From Planctomycetota bacterium (lineage in GTDB: Bacteria > Planctomycetota > UBA1135 > UBA2386): a stretch of DNA of 64,000 nt. Within the stretch, counting starts at the first letter, position 1, and every line of letters begins with the position of its first letter. The translations under genes and the position numbers were made by a program. This document shows, in pieces, positions 28,952 through 36,812 of this stretch. The stretch spans positions 316 to 64,315 of the forward strand of contig DASUFY010000201.1 in assembly GCA_036274315.1 (NCBI GenBank), in the 5' to 3' direction. A model generated the notes under the pieces. That model searched no databases. It had not been told where the DNA came from and saw only the letters and a program-made list of their open reading frames with translations.

Positions 28952-30745
28952 CTACGTGCCCGCCGCGACCGCCATGCCTCGGTCGACGGGGCGACCCTCG
29001 AGCCGCAGCAGCAGCCGGAACACGGCGCCGCCGCCGGGTCGCTCGACGTACTCGACACCGCCGCCGTGCGCGGCGGCCACCTCGGCCGCGATCTTGAGGC
29101 CGATGCCGATGCCGGCCGGCTTGTCGACGAGCACGTCGCCACCCTGCGTGAAGTAGTCGAAGATGCGCTCGCGATCGTGCGCCGGGATGCCGGGGCCGCG
29201 GTCCCTGACCTCGACGACGAAGCCACCGGGCACCGCGTGCGTCGCGACGTCGACCGTGCCTCCGCTCGGGCTCCAGGTCCACGCGTTGTGCAGCAGCTGG
29301 TAGATCGCCTGCGTGATGCGCTCGCGGTCGCCGGTCAGCACGGCGTTGTCGCTGTCGACGGCGAAGTGCACGCGCTTCAAGGCCCGCAGGCTGTCGAGGC
29401 GCCGGCAGGCCTGTTCGCAGGCGCTGTGCAGGTCGACGCGCCCGACCGTCCACTGCGTCCTGCCGCCGGCCAGGTTCGCGAACTCGAGTGCGTCGTTGAT
29501 GCGCTGGCCCAGGCGTTCGGACTCGCGCAGGATCGTCGTCAGGAACTCGGTGCGTTCCGCCGCGGACGCCGTCTCGCCGAACTGCTGCAGCAGTTCGGCC
29601 GTCGATTGGATGCCGGTCAGCGGCGTGCGCAGTTCGTGGCTCATCGAGGTCAGGAAGCCGTCCTTGGCCCGGTTGGCCGCATCGGCGCGCGCCGCCTTGT
29701 CCGTGACTTCGGCGACGAGCGTCTGCATGGTCTGCGCCATGCTGTTGAACGAGACCGCGAGGCGGCCCAGTTCGTCGTCCATCGCGGCGGCATCGACGCG
29801 CGTCGCCAGGTCGCCGGTGCCCATGCGATCCGAGGCGGCGATCAGGGCCCGCAACGGCCGCGACAGGCGCGCCGCGGTGCGCATCGCGAACGCGACGCCG
29901 AGCAGGACCAGGCAGCCGCCGACGGCGAGCAGCCAGCCGCGCGCTTCGTCGCGCAGCGCCAGGATGGGGCGCAGGTCGTGCGAGAGGTAGGCGACGCCGC
30001 CGTCGGGATGCAGCTGCATGGCGAGCCCGGGCTGCGGGCGGCCGTCGACGGTGAGCTCGACCGCGGTGCCGCGGGCGGCGAGGCCCGCGTGGCGCAGGCG
30101 CTGCAGCGGTGCGAGGTCGACGCCACCGGGCGTGCGGTGCAGCCAGTGTTGCGCGAGGATCACCCCGTCGTGGCTCAGCACGACGTCGCGGCCGGCGATC
30201 GCGCCGATGCGCGCGGCCAGCGCGTCGTCGACGAGTTCGCCGCGCACGAGCGCACCGAGCAGCTCGCCGCGCTGGGCCAGCGGCGCGATCGCGACGAGGG
30301 CCAGGCCTTCGGGGTGCGGCCAGACGTGGTCGGCCGTGCCTTCGCGCATCGCGTCGGCGAAGCCCGGCATGGCGCCGAGTTCGGTGCCGGCCGGCCATCC
30401 GCCGCGGCTCGCGAGCACGCGGCCCTTCGGATCGAGCACGGCGACCACGGGCGCCTGCATCTCGTCGAGCACGTCCTCGAACGTCGCCGCGTCGACGCCC
30501 GGGATGCCGGCCGTCGCCAGCAACACGGGCGTGCGCGAGAGCACCTGGGTCTCGCGGCGCAGCGATCGCTGCCGCAGGTCCATCTGCGTCGTGAAGCTGT
30601 GGTGGCTGTCCTGGACCTCGCGCTCGACCTGTTCCGCGGCGAAGCGACCGGTCAGCACGGCCAGCACGACGACCGCCGTGGCGACGAACGCCGCGACGAG
30701 CAGCGTCGTGCCGAGCACCAGGCGAGCGCGGAAGCCGAGGCGCAT
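28952..30745 (-). CDS. Sensor histidine kinase (two TM segments, periplasmic domain, HAMP, HisKA, HATPase_c); no adjacent response regulator
   Basis: 597 aa. HAMP region LSRPLRALIAASDRMGTGDLATRV...LGRLAVSFNSMAQ. H-box SMSHELRTPLTGI, N-box LLHNAWTWS, G-boxes VRDRGPGIP and GIGIGLKIA. Confidence 0.9.
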   Translation of the reverse strand: MRLGFRARLVLGTTLLVAAFVATAVVVLAVLTGRFAAEQVEREVQDSHHSFTTQMDLRQRSLRRETQVLSRTPVLLATAGIPGVDAATFEDVLDEMQAPVVAVLDPKGRVLASRGGWPAGTELGAMPGFADAMREGTADHVWPHPEGLALVAIAPLAQRGELLGALVRGELVDDALAARIGAIAGRDVVLSHDGVILAQHWLHRTPGGVDLAPLQRLRHAGLAARGTAVELTVDGRPQPGLAMQLHPDGGVAYLSHDLRPILALRDEARGWLLAVGGCLVLLGVAFAMRTAARLSRPLRALIAASDRMGTGDLATRVDAAAMDDELGRLAVSFNSMAQTMQTLVAEVTDKAARADAANRAKDGFLTSMSHELRTPLTGIQSTAELLQQFGETASAAERTEFLTTILRESERLGQRINDALEFANLAGGRTQWTVGRVDLHSACEQACRRLDSLRALKRVHFAVDSDNAVLTGDRERITQAIYQLLHNAWTWSPSGGTVDVATHAVPGGFVVEVRDRGPGIPAHDRERIFDYFTQGGDVLVDKPAGIGIGLKIAAEVAAAHGGGVEYVERPGGGAVFRLLLRLEGRPVDRGMAVAAGT

Positions 30746-30746
30746 G

Positions 30747-31739
30747 TCAGTACTTGACCGGGTAGGGCCGGCCGTTCTTGTCCGTGTGCTGCACGCGCGG
30801 CCTGGTCTCGCGCACGGTCAGCGCGACCTCCAGCGCGGCGCCGTCGGCGACGCGCACGGTCTGCTGTTGCCCGTCGCCGAGCGGGTGCCAGACGCGCAGC
30901 GTGTACTCGCCGTCGGGCACGTCGGGGATCATCCAGAAGCCGCTCGCCGAGGTCACCGCGGCGAAGCTGCTGGCGAGCACGAGCACGTGCGCCGCCATGT
31001 CGGGGTGGATGTTGCAGTGCACCTTGACGAGGCCCGGATTGGCGAAGACGTGCTGCTGCCGCGAACCGGCGCCGTAGGTGCCGAGGTCGAACGGATTGCT
31101 GCGCGACAGCGAGAAGACGTTGTGGAAAACGAGGTCGTCGTTGGGGAACACGACCGTCGTGCCCGCGGTGACGACGAGCACCGGTGGGTGGAAGCTACGA
31201 CCCTTCTGCGACAGCACCGGCGACCTCGGCAGCGGCGGCGACCGCAGCTCGGGTCCTTCGAGGAAGACCACGACCGCGCTGCGATCCTCGCGCGCGGTGC
31301 CGTCCTGTTCTTCGAGGCGCAGCGTGCCGGTCACGACGTTGCCCCGGTTGGGGAACAGGCCGCGCGTGTCGTTGTGCGAGCGGTACTGCACGTGGCAACC
31401 CGTGCACGCGCCGCGCAGTCGGCCGAGGTCCCACTCGTCGCTGGCGGAGCCGTCGGCGACGGGTTGGCGCAGGTCGTCGATCGCTTCCTGTAGTTGCAGC
31501 AGCCAGACGCCGGTCTCCCGGGCGCCGGCGAGCGGCAGGTTCGTCGCGCGCAGGCCGCGCACCTGCTCGGCGAGCGTGTCGAGCGGGGCCGGGTAGGCCG
31601 CACGATCGTGCGCGGCGACGGCCTTCTGCAGCGTCGTCACCGCCTGGCTCAGGTGCTTCATGACCGCGAGCAGTTCACCCTCGCCGTCCTGGGCGGCGAG
31701 CGCGGCGGCGAGCAGGGGCAGCGTGAGTCGGCCGAGCAT
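30747..31739 (-). CDS. Periplasmic haem-c (CxxCH) plus amicyanin-like type-1 copper (cupredoxin) plus Ig-like domain protein
   Basis: ORF 30747..32054(-) trimmed to the ATG at 31739 (MLGRLTLPLLAAALAAQ). A helical N-domain of about 100 aa ends in GACTGCHVQYR. The cupredoxin-like core has FPNDDLVFHNVFS and HCNIHPDMAAH (Cys-x2-His-x2-Met). The C-terminal FWMIPDVPDGEYTLRVWHP is CarboxypepD_reg-like. Its stop is 1 nt from the kinase start. Confidence 0.75.
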   Translation of the reverse strand: MLGRLTLPLLAAALAAQDGEGELLAVMKHLSQAVTTLQKAVAAHDRAAYPAPLDTLAEQVRGLRATNLPLAGARETGVWLLQLQEAIDDLRQPVADGSASDEWDLGRLRGACTGCHVQYRSHNDTRGLFPNRGNVVTGTLRLEEQDGTAREDRSAVVVFLEGPELRSPPLPRSPVLSQKGRSFHPPVLVVTAGTTVVFPNDDLVFHNVFSLSRSNPFDLGTYGAGSRQQHVFANPGLVKVHCNIHPDMAAHVLVLASSFAAVTSASGFWMIPDVPDGEYTLRVWHPLGDGQQQTVRVADGAALEVALTVRETRPRVQHTDKNGRPYPVKY

Positions 31740-31744
31740 CGGAA

Positions 31745-32968
31745 TCAGAAGGACAGCACGAGCTCCGCGGCCGTGAAGAGGCGCGTGTCGTCGGGCAGGG
31801 CGCTGACGTCGGTCGCGACGAGGTGGTCGAATCCGACCTCGACCTTGCCGATCAGCCCCGGCGCGAACGTGTGGCGCAGGCCGAGCTGCACGCGCTGCAG
31901 CTGGGACAGGTCGAAGCCGTAGCTCGCCGCACCGTTGGCGTAGGGCCGGCCCTCGAACTGGAAGCCCTTGCGCCGGTCGAACGTGCCGGCACCGCTCCAG
32001 CGCAGCGTCGTGTCCCATCCCGGCGCGAGGATCACGGTCGGTTCGAGCATCCACCAGACGATCGTGCGGTCGAAGGCGTCGGCGTCGTCGTCGACGCGGC
32101 CGCCGCCGGCCGAGACCTGCAGGTGCACGCGTTCGAGCAGCTGCCAGTCGGCGTCGAGGCTGCCCAGGGACGAGCGCACCTCGGCGCTCGGGCTCGAACC
32201 CGAGGCCGAGCCGGTGACCGGCGTGATGACCGAACCCCCGAAGCAGATCGAGCTCAGGTCGGCCGAGTGGATGTACATGCCGCTCGCGCTCAGGTAGAGC
32301 TCCTCGCTCGGGCGCGAGTGCAGGCGGAGCGTTGCCGCCGGCGCGATGCCCGACGACGAGTTACGGCTGGCGGTGCCGTCCGTGAACGCGGCGGTGAAGC
32401 CCCACGCGCCGCAGTCGGCGAACGCGAGCACACCCTCGTCCCAGCGGTACGGGATCGCGGCCGGGAAGCCGACCAGGCGGTTGCGGTCCGGATCCTCGTA
32501 GTTGTAGTACTCGCCGAACGGCAGGTCGAAGCGACCGACCTTCAGGCCGACGCCGTGGTCGCCACCGCTGCCGAACACGTCGCCAAAGCGCATGTACGCC
32601 TCGCCGATCCCGACCGCGTTCTGGCCCGCCTCCTGGAAGTAGTCGAGGCGAAGTTCGAGGAACACCGACCCGACGTTGCGCACGTCGGCGTCGACGAACA
32701 GCGTCGCCGCCCCGATGCCGAGCGCGCCGTCGGGCCTGCTGCCGCGGGCCTCGGTGTCGAAGTAGCGCGCGGCGACGAAGCCCGAGAGCCGGAAGCGATC
32801 GATCCAGTCGTCGAGCGTGTGCCCGGCGCGGTCGACCACTTCCCGCATCGAGCTGTGCTCGTGTTCGTCGAGGTCGACGGGTGTCGGCGGCTCCTGAGCT
32901 GGCAGGCTGCCGCAGGCGAGCACCAGGAAGGGGAGGATTCGCACCATGGCTCGTTGCCAAGGGCTCAT
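31745..32968 (-). CDS. Putative outer-membrane porin-like beta-barrel
   Basis: 407 aa. Signal MVRILPFLVLACGSLPAQE. Alternating beta-strand pattern with a C-terminal F (AAELVLSF). Its stop lies 5 nt upstream of the next gene's start. Confidence 0.6.
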   Translation of the reverse strand: MSPWQRAMVRILPFLVLACGSLPAQEPPTPVDLDEHEHSSMREVVDRAGHTLDDWIDRFRLSGFVAARYFDTEARGSRPDGALGIGAATLFVDADVRNVGSVFLELRLDYFQEAGQNAVGIGEAYMRFGDVFGSGGDHGVGLKVGRFDLPFGEYYNYEDPDRNRLVGFPAAIPYRWDEGVLAFADCGAWGFTAAFTDGTASRNSSSGIAPAATLRLHSRPSEELYLSASGMYIHSADLSSICFGGSVITPVTGSASGSSPSAEVRSSLGSLDADWQLLERVHLQVSAGGGRVDDDADAFDRTIVWWMLEPTVILAPGWDTTLRWSGAGTFDRRKGFQFEGRPYANGAASYGFDLSQLQRVQLGLRHTFAPGLIGKVEVGFDHLVATDVSALPDDTRLFTAAELVLSF

Positions 32969-33012
32969 CGGCTCCCGGGGCCGCAGGCTTTAGCCGGCGC
33001 CCGCCGTCCGGG

Positions 33013-34089
33013 CTACGCGTAGTACTTGCCGAACCGGTTCTGCAGGAACTCGTCGTGGTCGACCGTCTCCATCTTCAACAGCCCGCTCGCCGGCAGCTTG
33101 CCGTCGCGCAGCATGTCGACGATCGCGGTCACGCCGGCCGCCGTCGTGATCTGGATGCCGCTCCAGTTCTCGCCGTCGATCTTCTGGTGGTAGATCGTCT
33201 TGGCGTAGGTGCGCTCGCAGAGGCGGTTCAGGTACTGCCCGGTGGCGCTGACGAAGATGACGATCTGGTCCTGGAACGTCGCCGGCAGCGCCTTCTCGAA
33301 GATCGTGCGCAGCAGCTCCTGCTGCGTGTCCATCTGCAGGTCCTGCAGCAGGAACTTCATGAGCTCGCAGTGGCCCGGGAAGCGCATCGTCTTGTAGTTG
33401 ACGTTCTTGACCCGGTCCTTGAGCGTGATCGCGAGCGTGCCGAGGCCACCCGAGGTGTTGAACGCCTCGTACTCGACGCCGTCGATGGTCAGGTGCTCGA
33501 GCTGGGCCAGCGGCGGCACCGACACGAGCTCGCCGTTCTCGACGGCCTCGCACGGGTTGCAGTACTCGTTGATGAGGCCCTCGGTGCTCCACGTGAGATT
33601 GTACTTGAGCCGGTTGCTCGGGTAGCGCGGCAACGCGCCGACGCGCAGGCGCAGGTCGGTGACCTGCGTCATCGAGCGCATCAGGTGGTTGGCGACGATC
33701 GTGATGAAACCCGGAGCGAGGCCGCACTGCGGCGCGAACAGCGTCTTGCTGCCTTCGGCGAGCTCCTTCACCTTCTGCGTCACCTCGACGTCCTCGGTGA
33801 GGTCGAAGTAGTGCACACCGCGCGCCTTCGCGCGCTCGGCGATCAGCGGGTTGCAGTGGAACGGCGCGCAGCTGATGACCGCCCAGGCGCCGCCGAGGAT
33901 CGCGTCGAGGCTCCCTGCGTCACCGAAGTCGACGACCTGCCCCTGCACGGCCGTGTACTTCTTCGTCAGGTGGTCGACTGCGGCCTGGGACACGTCGCCG
34001 ACGCGCACCGCGTAGTCGCCGGACTTGGCCATCAGATGCGTGACCATGCGGCCGATCTTGCCGGCGCCGAGGATGACCAGGTTGTTCAT
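33013..34089 (-). CDS. Saccharopine dehydrogenase-family NAD(P)-binding oxidoreductase
   Basis: 358 aa. Rossmann motif MNNLVILGAGKIGRMV. FAPQCGLAPGFITIVANHL and YNLTWSTEGLINEY are typical of the Sacchrp_dh_NADP/C family. Confidence 0.8.
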   Translation of the reverse strand: MNNLVILGAGKIGRMVTHLMAKSGDYAVRVGDVSQAAVDHLTKKYTAVQGQVVDFGDAGSLDAILGGAWAVISCAPFHCNPLIAERAKARGVHYFDLTEDVEVTQKVKELAEGSKTLFAPQCGLAPGFITIVANHLMRSMTQVTDLRLRVGALPRYPSNRLKYNLTWSTEGLINEYCNPCEAVENGELVSVPPLAQLEHLTIDGVEYEAFNTSGGLGTLAITLKDRVKNVNYKTMRFPGHCELMKFLLQDLQMDTQQELLRTIFEKALPATFQDQIVIFVSATGQYLNRLCERTYAKTIYHQKIDGENWSGIQITTAAGVTAIVDMLRDGKLPASGLLKMETVDHDEFLQNRFGKYYA

Positions 34090-34261
34090 GACGGGAAGAG
34101 GTGTACTGATCGGCCGGCGGTTGCGCCGACTCGAGGCCGTTCAAGGGCCGAGCATTGTTGGGAGCCGACGGTCCGGACGCAAGCTCCGTCGGGCGCCCGG
34201 GGCGCCGGTGTACGCGGCGACGGCCGAACCGTCGTTCGCACGGCGCATGCCCGCGTGGTCG

Positions 34262-35131
34262 TCACTTCGGCTTCAGGCCGACGACGATGCTGATCCACGC
34301 CTCGTCCATGTCGCCGCGTTCCTTGCGCCGGAAGACGCCGTTGCCGCCGCCGGTCCTGGCGTCGGTGCCTTCCCAGAGCACGTGTGTGTCCTGGAACCCC
34401 GCCTCGTCGAACAGCTCGCGCAGCTCGGCCAGCGTCCACAGCCGCCAGTCGTAGAAGAACGCTTCGCGCAGCCGCGTGCCGTCCTGGAACTCGAAGTGGA
34501 TCGCGCACTGGATCTCGTGCGAGATCGGGTCGTAGCGCCGCTGCTCCCACAGGTAGGTGAAGCCGGGGCGCCGCGACTTGTCGACCTTCTGCTGCATGAC
34601 GTCGGGGCCGCCCCACGCGTCGAGGAACAGCACGCCGCCGGGCCTCAGCGAGCGGTAGCAGTTCGTGATGTAGGCGCCGAGCTCCTTGCGCGTCTTGAAC
34701 ACCGAGTAGCTGAAGTTGAGCGCGAGGATCACGTCGGCCTTCGGCGAACGTACGTCGAGCACGTTCTTCTGCAGCAGCAGGAGGCGCCTCTGCTGTTCTT
34801 CGTCGAGCAGCGTCTTGACGTTGTGGATGCGGCCCCAGGCCAATGTCGGCCAGTGCAGATCGACGCCGATCGCGCGGTTGTGCCTGTGGCGTTTGACGTG
34901 GTGGCAGGCCAAGGCGGCCGTGCCGCAGAAGTCCTCGCGCAGGACGCGCAGCTCGCGACCCGAGTACTTCTTGAACCAGCGCGCGTAACACTCGGCGTCG
35001 GCCTCGGGCGACTGCACGGCGCGCTGGTAGAGTTCGTGGCGGTCGGCGGTGCGCGCCGTGAGACCCTCCTTGCGGCGGGGCTTGCGGCGGGGTTTGCGTC
35101 GGGTGGGTGTCGGACTTCGGGCCATGCGCAT
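34262..35131 (-). CDS. Class I SAM-dependent methyltransferase with a basic N-terminal tail
   Basis: 289 aa. VLREDFCGTAALACHHV (motif I-like) and LRPGGVLFLDAWGGP. Composition is balanced. Confidence 0.75.
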   Translation of the reverse strand: MRMARSPTPTRRKPRRKPRRKEGLTARTADRHELYQRAVQSPEADAECYARWFKKYSGRELRVLREDFCGTAALACHHVKRHRHNRAIGVDLHWPTLAWGRIHNVKTLLDEEQQRRLLLLQKNVLDVRSPKADVILALNFSYSVFKTRKELGAYITNCYRSLRPGGVLFLDAWGGPDVMQQKVDKSRRPGFTYLWEQRRYDPISHEIQCAIHFEFQDGTRLREAFFYDWRLWTLAELRELFDEAGFQDTHVLWEGTDARTGGGNGVFRRKERGDMDEAWISIVVGLKPK

Positions 35132-35334
35132 GTGTTAGCGGGACCGCGCCCACGACTCCACGGCGCAGTTGGTCGTCCCGCAGCGCGTGGTGCGCCCGAA
35201 GAAACGTCGCGGCGGACCGGCCGCGTGTCCAGCTCGGGGACGTCAGCCCGCGTCGCGACGGCTGCCGGTCCTGGAGTCGCCGCGCGCCGGGCGGCGACGC
35301 CCTCGGCTGCGAGGGCTCCCGCCTTCGCCGGTGC

Positions 35335-36633
35335 CTAGTAGACGTAGCACTCGCCGCCGTTGCTCGTCGTCGCGCCGAGCGCGTTGGCCGCCGCGTCGAG
35401 GCACAACCACTGGATCGGCAGGCGTTCGCCCGAGAACGACGGGTTGTTCGGGATCGTGAACGACAGCTGCCCCGCGCCCGTGCCGCCCGCCAGCGTGAGC
35501 AAGGAGCCGCCGAGGTCGTTGTACTGCGTGCACATCGGCATGCCGATGATGCCGAGATCGCGCGGCAGCATGCCGAGCGGGTCGGCTGTGCGCGAGCTGC
35601 CGAACATCAGCAGCGCTGCCGTGTTCGGCAGCGCGTCCGCGAGCGACACCGCGAACGTCATGCCGATCGCGGGCGGCGCCGTGAAGCCGAGCGCGGGCGT
35701 CACGCCCGTGCTGCCGACGCAGCCGCTGCCGTAGACGAGCATCGTCGCGACCGGCGCCGGCCCGAGCACGAGGTCGTCGATGGGCACCGTGCTCGTGTAC
35801 AGCGGCGTCGCCACCGACGAGCTGTGGATCGTCCACGCGCCCGGCGTCTCGGCGACGACGAAGATGGTCAGGGTCGGGTCGACGGCGATCGAGGTCAGCT
35901 TGCCGAGCCCGGTCGTGAGGAACGGGGACAGGGCGCCGGTGACCGGATCGACGAAGGACAGCCCGCCGGTGCCGTCGCCGACGAGCAACATGCCGGCGAA
36001 CTCGGCCATCGCGTAGAACGGCGGATAGCCGCTGCCGACGATGCGGTCGGTGTTGGCGACCAGATCCCATTCGATGATCGTGCTCGTCGCGGCCGCGGTG
36101 CCGTCACCTTCCGACAGCGCGTAGGCCTTGCTGCCGATGACGACCATGTCGGCCGCGTTGTCGGGCAGCAGCGTCGGAGTCGGTTGCGAGGTCACCATGC
36201 CGCTGGCCATGTTGCGCAGGAACATGCGGTTGATCTGGCCGCCGCGACCGAGCAGCATCAGGCCGAAGCCCGGCGCAACGCGCAGTTCGTACGGCAGGCC
36301 CGGCACGCCGAGGTTGACCGGCAGGCTGGTGCGCGTGAAGCGATTGCCGTCGAGCTGCAGCACCAACACCGTGGTCGAGATCGAGATCGAGATCGAGGTG
36401 ATCGAGTAGATCGTGTTCGGCGCGAGCGGGTCGATGGCCATCGTGCGGCTGCCGTGCTGCGTCAGGTTCCCGGTCACGGGCACGAGCGGCGTGATCGTGC
36501 CGAACACCGGATCGACGATGCCGGTCGCGGGCACCGTCGTCGACGCGACGCGGTTCGCATAGAGCAGGTGACCGTACGGGATCTGCGCGGTGGCGGTTGC
36601 ACCGAGCGCGAGAACGACGAGGAGCTTGGACAT
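35335..36633 (-). CDS. Secreted protein of unknown function sharing a C-terminal module with the 11617..13602 product
   Basis: ORF 35335..36771(-) trimmed to the ATG at 36633 (MSKLLVVLALGATATAQ). The C-terminus reads YGSGCVGSTGVTPALGF...AALLMFGSS...GMPMCTQY...LSFTIPNNPSFSGERLPIQWLCLDAAANALGATTSNGGECYVY. Confidence 0.7.
   Translation of the reverse strand: MSKLLVVLALGATATAQIPYGHLLYANRVASTTVPATGIVDPVFGTITPLVPVTGNLTQHGSRTMAIDPLAPNTIYSITSISISISTTVLVLQLDGNRFTRTSLPVNLGVPGLPYELRVAPGFGLMLLGRGGQINRMFLRNMASGMVTSQPTPTLLPDNAADMVVIGSKAYALSEGDGTAAATSTIIEWDLVANTDRIVGSGYPPFYAMAEFAGMLLVGDGTGGLSFVDPVTGALSPFLTTGLGKLTSIAVDPTLTIFVVAETPGAWTIHSSSVATPLYTSTVPIDDLVLGPAPVATMLVYGSGCVGSTGVTPALGFTAPPAIGMTFAVSLADALPNTAALLMFGSSRTADPLGMLPRDLGIIGMPMCTQYNDLGGSLLTLAGGTGAGQLSFTIPNNPSFSGERLPIQWLCLDAAANALGATTSNGGECYVY
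36375..36398. repeat. In-frame hexanucleotide repeat (TCGAGA)x3 plus TCGAGG, encoding (Ile-Ser)n
   Basis: tcgagatcgagatcgagatcgagg lies inside the 35335..36633 CDS, where the minus-strand protein reads SITSISISISTTV. It creates a local cluster of GATC sites. Confidence 0.85.
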
Positions 36634-36812
36634 GGGCCTCCGGCTGCCGGGGCGGGGCAGGCGCCCGAGGATAGCATGCCCGCGGCAGGCCTGCCCCCGC
36701 GGCCCGCAGCTCGTGCTCCACCCAGGGGCTGCGGTGGCCGTGGACCCCCCGTGCGCCAGCCCGCCGTGCATCCGATCTGGCCGCCGCGGGGAGTTGGCGT
36801 TCCGATCCCTTC

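Noticed and set aside
36634-36812. An ECF-type autoregulatory promoter upstream of the fused sigma gene (GGACC-N18-CGTG), and a similar search upstream of 57974.
   Set aside because: The spacing and -10 match are poor, and no motif is shared among the three ECF loci. This is not strong enough to annotate.
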